Assembly (NCBI GenBank): GCA_024860875.1
Contig: JACPSZ010000007.1
Location: forward strand, 148,218-212,217
Direction: 5' to 3'
From: Nitrososphaerota archaeon
GTDB lineage: Archaea; Thermoproteota; Nitrososphaeria; Nitrososphaerales; UBA57
Length of the DNA stretch: 64,000 bases
Positions 9,621-17,951 of this stretch are shown here, one piece after another. Under the pieces are notes generated by a model. It saw nothing but the letters and a program-made list of their open reading frames with translations, did no database searches and was not told where the DNA came from. The translations under genes were made by a program, and so were the position numbers. Within the stretch, counting starts at the first letter, position 1, and each line of letters opens with the position of its first letter.

Positions 9621-9805
9621 CTACGGAGACTAGATGCGTAGCCGATGGAAAGGTCTCGTGCGAGTGCGTAGTAGAAAGGAGATAATACAGATCAGCCATC
9701 CGTATTTTTTAAGCATTAATGAAGTTAGTATTTTCACAATACTGATATATAGGGCATTGTGGTTTTGTAAAATCCGGAGTTATCAATGCGCATTTTTGCA
9801 GAGGG

Positions 9806-11212
9806 ATGGCTTTCATGAGCCTAGATGAACTAAAGTTTCTTAGCGATATGAGAATGATCGAAGGCCTGCAAGCTGAAGAACTGCGGCGCAAGATGGATAG
9901 CCTTAGGAGCACTTCGATCGGTCGCAAACTAAAGCTAGGAGGTAAGACGCAAATCGTGGATATCAAACCTACCTCTTACGACTTTTACGCAGAATTCTTT
10001 CACAACAAAATCTCTGATGCACTAATGTTCCCGCTCGATCAGTACGAGGAATGCATGACCACAGGAACATTGGGAATCCCCAAACGATTCTTAGTATCAA
10101 AAGCCTTCATCATGGACGCAATGCGAACCTTCAAAGCAATATTGATGGCGGCAAACTTGCAGGAAGGAAAAACTGCCTTCCAGCGTGGAGACACATTTTA
10201 CCTCAATGCGGCACCTAAGCCCTTCGTTACAGGCGTGTTGGCAGATTATGTTGCTCGCGAAATGGCATCGTTTGTCAGGGTCGTCCCTCCAGACCAGAGC
10301 AGACCGTTTCATGAAAAGGTTCAGTATTTCATTGATCATCACAAGGAGATACATTATGCCTTAATGCCTCTAGTCATGCTCTTTCACCAAGTCTACCCGA
10401 AGATTAGACAAACATTAGACCTCAAGGGCTTCTTCCCCTTTGACACCGCTGCTGAAGCACATATGAAGCGAATTAGGGAGATTGTTAATTGTAGAGTCTC
10501 TGGCGTTTACGCCTCCACTGAAACCTGTTTGTCCACAATACCTTCAGCAGAGCATGAGCTCGGTTTCGTCTTTGACCCACGAAGTATGTATTGTGAGTTT
10601 CTACTCATGAACCAAACTAAGCCTGATACATCTAGTATCACTGAAAACATCGAGCCTAAGGATCTAGTGCCGATGAGCGGAGTCAAGAAAGGAGTTAGAT
10701 ATCTGCTCTTCATAACCCCGTTCAAAAGCGAACTGATGCGGTATAATACTGGCGACATACTTGAGGTCATGGATGATGGAGATTCATTTATCGGAACCGA
10801 ACTCCCCGTATTCAAGTTCTTTTCAAGAGCGGCCAAGGTCATATCCCTTGTAAATTTTACAACAATAAATGAAAGCGAACTTCTGCTGGCCCTGACAAGG
10901 TCCCAAATACCATATGTGGATTTCACAGCCCGCCTGGAGATTGAAGATGGCAAACACTACTTGGCTCTTTACCTGGAGCCGGCGACCGAGGTTGTCGACA
11001 AAAACGAACTAGAGCAGAAGATTCACCAAAGTTTGGGTGCGTTGGATCCTGACTATGCCAACGTGAACAAGTTTTACCAATATTCTCCACTCAAACTGAC
11101 GATTATTCCGAAGGGGTCTTTTTCCCGATTACTGGCAACAAAGCAAGGGTTTCCAAAAGTGGATAGGATCAACATGGCTGAAAAGGATTTGAGGATTCTG
11201 CTGTTATCTTAG
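9806..11212 (+). CDS. GH3-like / ANL-superfamily adenylate-forming enzyme
   Basis: 468 aa with three adenylation-type motifs in order: TTGTLGIPKRF (P-loop-like), GVYASTETC (YxSSE-like) and MRYNTGDILEV (YRxGD-like). Confidence 0.6.
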   Translation: MAFMSLDELKFLSDMRMIEGLQAEELRRKMDSLRSTSIGRKLKLGGKTQIVDIKPTSYDFYAEFFHNKISDALMFPLDQYEECMTTGTLGIPKRFLVSKAFIMDAMRTFKAILMAANLQEGKTAFQRGDTFYLNAAPKPFVTGVLADYVAREMASFVRVVPPDQSRPFHEKVQYFIDHHKEIHYALMPLVMLFHQVYPKIRQTLDLKGFFPFDTAAEAHMKRIREIVNCRVSGVYASTETCLSTIPSAEHELGFVFDPRSMYCEFLLMNQTKPDTSSITENIEPKDLVPMSGVKKGVRYLLFITPFKSELMRYNTGDILEVMDDGDSFIGTELPVFKFFSRAAKVISLVNFTTINESELLLALTRSQIPYVDFTARLEIEDGKHYLALYLEPATEVVDKNELEQKIHQSLGALDPDYANVNKFYQYSPLKLTIIPKGSFSRLLATKQGFPKVDRINMAEKDLRILLLS

Positions 11213-11240
11213 AGACTAATCGAGAAGAAGATGAAGTGTC

Positions 11241-12443
11241 ATGATGACAGATGCGGATAGTCTAGCACTTCTCTTCAATGGCTTGATTACATTTGGGGCA
11301 GGATTGCCTCTTGGCTACGTTTATTTCAAGAAGGGAATACATTTGCGTGCATTTGCCCTCTGGATTACAGGTTTCATGGTCTATGGACTACAGCTCTTTG
11401 CCCGGTTCTTTCTCGCAATACCGTTGTCCGACATAACTGTGGTGCTGGCGAATATCGTTGCGTTTGCTTTCTTCGTCCTCGGTACTTCTATACTTCTTGA
11501 GCAGCTCAGGAAATTCATGATTTTGTTCATGCCTTTTGTTGGAGTTGCGTTGATTTTCTATGTGCTGGGCTTTCCAACGTTATCTGCAGCGCTAGGCGTA
11601 GTAGGACTCTACGGGTCTATGGCCTACGGATCGTTTATCATAGCTCGAAGACTGGGGAAGCTGGCAGTTAGGTTCTTCGCAGGCTGGACTCTATTGTTCG
11701 TATCTAATCTTCTCATTGCCGTCCCTGTTCCTCTTGCTGCAGTAAACTTACTGGCCGGGGCATCAAAAGTGGTAATTGCTCTTGGGATGCTCGAACAGAA
11801 GTTCACGACCTCTCTACTTCGATTATCGAGGTACCATACAGGCCTGGTGAAGCCTGATGTTTCCCAAAAAGGGGAGCTAATGTTCGTTATAGGCAGTAGC
11901 CATGAGGGTGATAAGAAGAAAAACATGGCCAAACTGGCTGAAAAGGAGATAGACTGGGTGAACAAACATCTCAGAGACCTGGCAACCGAGAGACTCCTGA
12001 CCCATGTGATAGTCAGACATGGCAGCGATGATAAGACCGAAAGCAAGGATTTGGCTCTCGCATCTGCACTAGAGGATCTGGCTTCAATCTATGGAATGGT
12101 GTTGATCAAACTTGTTCCTCATCCGAAGAGCACTGGAGAAAAAGAGCCAAAGAAGCCTCTTACGGTGGAGATAGGAGACGATCCTGTAGACTTCATAGGC
12201 TTCCTTTCCAACCTTTTTCGTGCCTGTCACCGTGCCGAGATATCTACCGAGATAATCATCCCTGATCTTTCGTGGCTCACCGCTGGTTTAGGTGAAGAGG
12301 AAGTTCTCTCCTACCTGATTGCACAGACTACAACTCTACAAACATCTAATATCGTTCTTACCTGCCTCCTGCATCCAGGACTTGATTCAGACCAATTTAT
12401 AGAGTCATGCAAAAGGTTTGGTAACCAAACGATAGAACTCTAG
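11241..12443 (+). CDS. Multi-pass membrane protein with soluble C-terminal domain (tentatively DUF835-like architecture)
   Basis: 400 aa. The first ~185 aa contain several hydrophobic helices and the C-terminal ~200 aa are polar. The family assignment is from memory only. Confidence 0.45.
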   Translation: MMTDADSLALLFNGLITFGAGLPLGYVYFKKGIHLRAFALWITGFMVYGLQLFARFFLAIPLSDITVVLANIVAFAFFVLGTSILLEQLRKFMILFMPFVGVALIFYVLGFPTLSAALGVVGLYGSMAYGSFIIARRLGKLAVRFFAGWTLLFVSNLLIAVPVPLAAVNLLAGASKVVIALGMLEQKFTTSLLRLSRYHTGLVKPDVSQKGELMFVIGSSHEGDKKKNMAKLAEKEIDWVNKHLRDLATERLLTHVIVRHGSDDKTESKDLALASALEDLASIYGMVLIKLVPHPKSTGEKEPKKPLTVEIGDDPVDFIGFLSNLFRACHRAEISTEIIIPDLSWLTAGLGEEEVLSYLIAQTTTLQTSNIVLTCLLHPGLDSDQFIESCKRFGNQTIEL

Positions 12444-12451
12444 TTGAGGTC

Positions 12452-12531
12452 TCACTTCTTTTTCGGTTTCTTAGCAGGTTTCTTCTTAGCCATTCAGTGC
12501 GTACCTATTTTCTTGGTTTATTAGCATGATG
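12452..12531 (-). repeat. Direct repeat copy A containing the 13-codon Lys-rich micro-ORF (12452..12493, MAKKKPAKKPKKK*) and its upstream AT-rich promoter-like region
   Basis: Roughly four-fifths identical by eye to 14664..14744 in the same orientation. An ATG at 12493 is preceded ~25-35 nt upstream (minus strand) by ctaataaaccaagaaaatagg. Confidence 0.6.
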
Positions 12532-12633
12532 AATTACAAATCTACCTATCCTGCTGTTGGGATTGCGATAGTGGCTGTGGTAGTGGCTGCGGTTGAGGCA
12601 GTGAGAAAGATGGGTAGTTGATTCCCGAAGAGG

Positions 12634-12984
12634 CTATCTGGACTTTACTGCAATGGGTTTCTGATATTCCTGTACGGCTTTCTCCATTCCTTTTCTTGCC
12701 AGTGCCATGTCGAGCTTGATTAACTGCTTGACCACATCGTTTCCTTTGTCCAGCTGATACATAGTAGCTCGTCCTACCTGTCTTGTAGGTTTCACGGCGC
12801 CTGACCGCTCAAGCCCCTTCCAGTACTTGAAAAAAGTCACACGTCCCATTTCGAGGTTCTTCACAATTTCGTTCTTTGAATAATCCGAAAGAGGGTTGTC
12901 TAGGAAAAAGTCTATGATTCTCAAAGTTGGACTTGCGCCGAGATATCTCAGCAACAGAGTCTCGTTCGGCTTGTACGTCATCAC
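12634..12984 (-). CDS. Winged helix-turn-helix DNA-binding protein
   Basis: 116 aa. The pattern RIIDFFLDNPLSDYSKNEIVKNLEMGRVTFFKYWKGLERSGAVKPTRQVGRATMYQL is typical of archaeal wHTH regulators. Confidence 0.6.
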   Translation of the reverse strand: MMTYKPNETLLLRYLGASPTLRIIDFFLDNPLSDYSKNEIVKNLEMGRVTFFKYWKGLERSGAVKPTRQVGRATMYQLDKGNDVVKQLIKLDMALARKGMEKAVQEYQKPIAVKSR

Positions 12985-13043
12985 AAAATCATTAACGCTT
13001 AAAGTATTTAAATATAAACTCTCAAAGTCCTATAAGTGAACTC

Positions 13044-13325
13044 ATGCTTACAGACGAGCAAATCAAGGCAGCCATCCTGTTCAAGCTCCACAAGAGAGGT
13101 AATTGGGGAGGCAGTCATACGGCTTTTGACAATCTCAAGAAGGGATGGAAGGATGAGAATTTTGGAAAGCATGGTGTCAAGCTTGTAGATAAGATGGCCA
13201 AAGACTTGATTCGTCAGGGCATGATTGTTCCGAAGCCTACAAGTTACGGCCTCCAAGTATCACACAATCCAAGAAAGAACGGGGAGATAATTGAGTTTAT
13301 GAAAAAATTCTTCCCGGAGGTTTAA
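13044..13325 (+). CDS. Small hypothetical protein (possibly wHTH-like), upstream partner of the exonuclease
   Basis: 93-aa ORF that ends 3 nt before the exonuclease start. I recognise no family. Confidence 0.4.
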   Translation: MLTDEQIKAAILFKLHKRGNWGGSHTAFDNLKKGWKDENFGKHGVKLVDKMAKDLIRQGMIVPKPTSYGLQVSHNPRKNGEIIEFMKKFFPEV

Positions 13326-13328
13326 GCT

Positions 13329-13883
13329 ATGCATTCAAAGCACCCATACGAGGTCTATATTTCGGTTGATGTAGAAACTTCAGGACCAATACCGGGAGAG
13401 TACAGCATGCTGTCTGTTGGTGCGTGTGTTGTTGGCGATGTATCCAAAACATTTTACAGAGAGCTCAAGCCAATTACTGACAAATTTGTTCCAGAAGCAA
13501 TCGAGGTCAGCGGGCTGTCGTTGGAAAAGTTGAAGGAAACTGCAAGTGAACCTGCAGTTGCAATGCAGGATTTTGAGAGCTGGATAAATTCAATTTCGAA
13601 CGGTAGGCGAGCGGTTTTCACAGCTTTTAATGCAACATTTGACTGGATGTTCGTTGCATATTACTTCCACCGATTCTTGGGCAGGAATCCCTTCGGGATA
13701 AGCGGTCTGGACATCAAGGCATACTACATGGGAAAGCTTGATACGGGTTGGAGTGAAACCGCAAAGAAGAGGTTAGATAAGCGATTCCTCTCAAACAAAT
13801 ACAAACACACGCACAATGCGTTGGACGATGCAATAGAGCAAGCCGAAATCTTTAGGAAGATTTTAGAATATAAGAATGAATAG
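13329..13883 (+). CDS. DEDDh-type 3'-5' exonuclease (DnaQ/epsilon-like)
   Basis: 184 aa with Exo I SVDVETSG, Exo II AFNATFDWMF and Exo III HNALDDAIEQA (H-x4-D). Confidence 0.8.
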   Translation: MHSKHPYEVYISVDVETSGPIPGEYSMLSVGACVVGDVSKTFYRELKPITDKFVPEAIEVSGLSLEKLKETASEPAVAMQDFESWINSISNGRRAVFTAFNATFDWMFVAYYFHRFLGRNPFGISGLDIKAYYMGKLDTGWSETAKKRLDKRFLSNKYKHTHNALDDAIEQAEIFRKILEYKNE

Positions 13884-14040
13884 GTTGGCTCATTCCTTGC
13901 GACTGAATGCCTTTCACCCTATATTCAGCCATCCTTACGTATCCAGCATTAATGTCGCATCCAAGAAATCTTCTGCTATTTCATTGGCTTATTAGGAGAA
14001 CGAATGCAAAATCCATACCAGTTCGAAGGTTCAAAAGAAT

Positions 14041-14195
14041 GGTTCTGATAACTCTTCGGGAGATCCGAAAGTCGACTTCTGATAAACCGAAAGACCCACC
14101 AATTATCTGTCTATAGGGGCCCCTATCGTTATCTAGGGCCCTAGAGGGGGGTATAAAAAGCGAATAATTGGATAACCCGGAGAGTTATCAGAGCC
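14041..14195. repeat. MITE-like repeat element, copy 2
   Basis: The ~26-bp terminal inverted repeats are ggttctgataactcttcgggagatcc (14041-14066) and the reverse complement of 14170-14195, ggctctgataactctccgggttatcc. Internal perfect palindromes are ataggggcccctat (14113-14126) and ctagggccctag (14133-14144). A TATA-like tataaaaag lies at 14152-14160. Confidence 0.65.
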
Positions 14196-14663
14196 AAAAG
14201 AATCATCGAACTAGGACAAGTTCGTAATACGATCTGTCTGCAAAAGATGCGTAGGCATGAATCACAAACGCGCTGACATTGCGGGCAAGTGTTGCAACCG
14301 CATGTTTTGCATTGACCAAGAACTCTTTCCTTTTCAGTCGTCGCATTGCAAACTGCCTAGGATGAATCTATCTCTCCTCTGTATTCTTCAGTAATGTCCG
14401 TACAGTTCTTCAGGTGTTCTTGCATTATCTCCTTGGCGGATTTTGGGTATTGTTCGTCGAACCTCCTTCCGCAGCGTGGACAAAAGGATACGCCAGTGAA
14501 GTCAGTCAATTGCCATCATCGCCGAAATGTGATTGAATGGCTTTTAGGTTTTGGCTTAATCGGTGCCGTTTTGATTCCTGTTAATTTGTGATAAATTCAT
14601 CTAAAAAGTCGTAGAGGAAAAATCCTATACAGTCAAAGCACTCGTTGCTCTTGGAATGAGAAT

Positions 14664-14744
14664 TTACTTCTTTGCGGGTTTCTTTGGAGCTTTCTTCTTA
14701 GCCATTCCACATAGGACCTATTTTCTTAGTTTATTAAAATGATG
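14664..14744 (-). repeat. Direct repeat copy B containing the 13-codon Lys-rich micro-ORF (14664..14705, MAKKKAPKKPAKK*)
   Basis: Same orientation and architecture as 12452..12531. The ORF length, the start context gg/aATGGCTAAGAAGAAA and the upstream ttaataaactaagaaaatagg are conserved. Confidence 0.6.
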
Positions 14745-14953
14745 GGTGAAAATGCTAGCTAGTTTGATGGCTTTCCGAGTTCCATACCCCCTCGCGCGGG
14801 CTATTCGTTTGTTAGTCAGATAGGGCGTGCTGATTACTCGGCCTTTGGCCTCCTCCAGTATGATCGATTCTAAAAGTTTTCATGCTTTTCAAATTCCATG
14901 CAACATATTGTCGGAGATTCTTGAATTAGTTTCTCATCTGCTAGATCTTTAGG

Positions 14954-15208
14954 CTATTCGTTAAATTCTTTGACCATCTCGGGCTCGAACTTCGCCAGTT
15001 TTACTGCGCTTGCCTTGCTACGCAGGAAGGGCGGAACTACCAGTAACGCCTGGGACTGATCTTCCGCTTCAATTACAATCCATCCCTTATGAACCTCGTC
15101 CCTGCAACCCCAATCAAAGTTTTTCAAATATCCCATGGTAAAGACCAGTTTCACGGCTCGCCTGCAGTCTTCCACCGTGTGAGGCGACTCGATTAAGAAT
15201 CTATCCAT
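14954..15208 (-). CDS. Hypothetical small protein
   Basis: 84-aa ORF with balanced composition. No family recognised. Confidence 0.4.
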   Translation of the reverse strand: MDRFLIESPHTVEDCRRAVKLVFTMGYLKNFDWGCRDEVHKGWIVIEAEDQSQALLVVPPFLRSKASAVKLAKFEPEMVKEFNE

Positions 15209-15513
15209 AGTTCGTCTCTAAGCGGCGATTATATCGATATTGCCACCTGTAGCGCTATGTGTTGGATACCAGTTAGCTCATTTCCCGAACCGCTTCAGGA
15301 TGTTCAAAAAGCAGAGGGAGGGAAATTCAGTGAACTCATTCTATTACACTGGAATTTTCTTCTCACATCTTTATTGGCTATTCGTGGGAATCGTATCCTT
15401 TGCATTACTTGAGATATTGTTGGATAGGAGAGTGTCACCGCGTATCGAAAGATTCCTAATGGATATGATTGCGGGCCGTTGACCTTGCGGCAGCATTTTG
15501 AACGGTCATAAGA

Positions 15514-16545
15514 TTATCTTCGCCGTTGCGTCGTTCGCTTGATTCTCTTGCCGCCATACCTCACGAGCAGCTCTTCAATCTTGTCGATGTCGAAGAAATG
15601 GACATTTCTTACTCGTACCTCTTCCAAAATCTTCTCTTTAGCCTTGTCTGTAAAGTGACCAGATATTGCGATGATTAGATCAGAGATGAATCTTCTTTCA
15701 CGACTTGATGTATCAATGTACTCGTGCGGAAATGCCTCATTGGCTTGATCTATCACTCCGTTCAAATCGGATCGTGCTCTCCCGGATATGTCTCCGGCTT
15801 TTACTTGCACACCGTAATTCCTCCTCTGACCGAACTTGTCTATTTCAGAAAAAGTGATGTCTTTCCCGAATTCTCTTTGTCCATGATTGTAGTGAACGTC
15901 AAGAAAATTCATTCTTCTAAATAGCGGTAGCAGGACTTCAAGAGTGAATCTTTCTTCATCCTTCAAAGTCTCCTGTGAAATATCCTCCCTTTGAAGGATT
16001 CTCTCCGTATCCCCATCGATCTCCTTCACTACATTCGCAAAATGCCGAACGGCTTTATCCGCCGTAAGATCTTGTTCTAGGAAAATCATATAATCAAAAC
16101 GGACGAAAAAATCGTTAGATTCCACATCATCAAATTCGACATCATATTCACTCTCTTTTCGAGCTTCTAGCGCTTGTTTCATCGCACCGAAATATTTTTC
16201 CATACTAAAATCATGATACCAGTACATCCTTTCTACTTCGAAGTAAATGCTCGCGACGGCGGAGAAGGGCTCATTGCCGCCCGCGCTATAAATCATCCCA
16301 TCAAAAATGTCGGAATCCTTTCCAACTGGAACAATTGCAAAGTCTTTTGGAATCGAACCGATCTTGAATCCTGTTAAGTCTTCTATTCGTGCATCAATTA
16401 TTAGCAAGTCGGGGCTGCAACGGAATTCCTTTCCATTCACACTGAATCCAACAATCTTGGCGTTGTCTTTTAGGATCGCTACTTTATCTATCAACGACCT
16501 AATCGCTTCCATGCTCCAGCATTCAAATATTGTGGTTCGGGCCAA
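15514..16545 (-). CDS. Restriction-endonuclease-like (Mrr_cat / PD-(D/E)xK) domain protein with an unassigned N-terminal domain
   Basis: 343 aa. The C-terminal third contains GQREFGKDITFSE...(22 aa)...YGVQVKAG, which fits the Mrr-type D...(E/Q)xK nuclease core. I cannot assign the N-terminal ~190 aa. Confidence 0.6.
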   Translation of the reverse strand: MARTTIFECWSMEAIRSLIDKVAILKDNAKIVGFSVNGKEFRCSPDLLIIDARIEDLTGFKIGSIPKDFAIVPVGKDSDIFDGMIYSAGGNEPFSAVASIYFEVERMYWYHDFSMEKYFGAMKQALEARKESEYDVEFDDVESNDFFVRFDYMIFLEQDLTADKAVRHFANVVKEIDGDTERILQREDISQETLKDEERFTLEVLLPLFRRMNFLDVHYNHGQREFGKDITFSEIDKFGQRRNYGVQVKAGDISGRARSDLNGVIDQANEAFPHEYIDTSSRERRFISDLIIAISGHFTDKAKEKILEEVRVRNVHFFDIDKIEELLVRYGGKRIKRTTQRRR

Positions 16546-16691
16546 ATCGGTATAAAATCAAAATTGGTGTTTGATCAATTCCGAAAGTGTCACCATGCAA
16601 TGAGCCCGCGTTATGCACTTGTCAATCCTTCTGTGAAATTTTCATAATTTTCTTTAAGCTTGGACTGTTTCGACGGTAGCGCGCGCCCTTA

Positions 16692-17126
16692 CTAGACGAC
16701 TTTGGTAGCACCATTCTCCGCAGCCTTCTTTAGAGGTTCCAGCGATAACGTCTCCAACCTCTTCTTGATGTAACCCTGCACAAACGGTTCTAACAGCGTG
16801 TACAAGCCTTTTAGCTTAACATTCAGGGTGAGGGTGACACGAGTACCTTCGGGCAAATCTTCGAGCGTGTAGATAGACTGACCATACACCCCTCGCCTTC
16901 TTATGTCTGTCACGATTTTCTTCGGTGCTCCTGCCCTCTGAATGAGTGTCACGATACCTCCCGAATCATAATCAACCTCTAACACAATCTCTCCATAGGC
17001 TTGACGCACTAGTCGTACTGATTTCATGTCGGGGAAGATCGTTGGCCAGTTCTCGTACTCGGTAGCTAGCACAAAGACCTTATCGAGAGGTGCTCTAATA
17101 ATGCTGGAAATCTCAAGATGGACCAA
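16692..17126 (-). CDS. SRPBCC (START/polyketide-cyclase-like) family protein
   Basis: 144 aa. The N-terminal pattern ISSIIRAPLDKVFVLATEYENWPTIFP is typical of the family. Confidence 0.7.
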   Translation of the reverse strand: MVHLEISSIIRAPLDKVFVLATEYENWPTIFPDMKSVRLVRQAYGEIVLEVDYDSGGIVTLIQRAGAPKKIVTDIRRRGVYGQSIYTLEDLPEGTRVTLTLNVKLKGLYTLLEPFVQGYIKKRLETLSLEPLKKAAENGATKVV

Positions 17127-17302
17127 AGATTATCGCATCGATGACTTTTTTTTGCTTCTTAATCCTTTATGAATCCGCAATTCAGATTTCAATTCTAGGG
17201 CGCGCGCTTAGGCGTAGTTCGTCTAAGTTGGCTTAAAGTCAAATGATTGAAAAATGAGAGGCCGCCACGTTTTTATTCGCGATACTCGAAATTGGATTTC
17301 AA

Positions 17303-17911
17303 ATGATGTCTGATCGACTAAATTTAATGCTCTTGGATAAAGTTCTGCCTACGTATCACTTTTATGTAAGACGTCAGATCGAAATTCAATCTACTCCGGG
17401 TCACGTTTTTGAAATTTTCAAAACTTTGAAACCAGCCGAGATTCCACTTTTTAATACTCTTTTTTGGATTCGGTCGATTCCGGGGCGATTGCTGGGTCAA
17501 GGCAACAAATATTTTGTGAATGACGATTCGTCGTTGGTGGAACAAGGTCTTCGGCTCGGATTTGTTATTTTGGATGAAGTCCCTGATAAGGAGATTGTCT
17601 TTGGAGCGATTGGGCAATGGTGGAAGCCGACCGGTGCTACCTTTTATCGGTTTTCGAGTTTGAAAGAATTCAGAGAGTTTGACCAGCCGGGATATGCACG
17701 GGTATGCGGGAATTTCTATGTCGACACTCAGACCCGTTCAGACGGATTAGTGCTTCTCACACATGAGACGCGTGTCGAAGCAGCAGATTCGACTGCCCAT
17801 GCCAAGTTCAAATTGTATTGGAGAGTGATATATCCCGGTGTTGCCTTGCTTCGAAGGATGTTGCTTGAGGCCATTAAAGTAAGAGCGGAAGCACTATCAT
17901 CCCGATTTTGA
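17303..17911 (+). CDS. Hypothetical protein, possibly a divergent SRPBCC-like fold
   Basis: 202-aa ORF lying between two SRPBCC genes. Only weak pattern similarity. Confidence 0.4.
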   Translation: MMSDRLNLMLLDKVLPTYHFYVRRQIEIQSTPGHVFEIFKTLKPAEIPLFNTLFWIRSIPGRLLGQGNKYFVNDDSSLVEQGLRLGFVILDEVPDKEIVFGAIGQWWKPTGATFYRFSSLKEFREFDQPGYARVCGNFYVDTQTRSDGLVLLTHETRVEAADSTAHAKFKLYWRVIYPGVALLRRMLLEAIKVRAEALSSRF

Positions 17912-17951
17912 CGTCTTATGGTTCTTAACGCTAGTTGATCGAGGCACTGGG

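Noticed and set aside
9619-9633. A 15-nt BHB-like intron that would remove both TAGs upstream of the wHTH frame (helix tacg/cgta with 3-nt bulges)
   Set aside because: It needs an implausible hydrophobic and Arg-rich N-terminus (MLKKYGWLICIISFLLRTRTRPFHRLR). The first intron nucleotide is T rather than A as in all seven good cases. There is no inner hairpin. A 4-bp match in this arrangement is expected by chance among the many possible positions.
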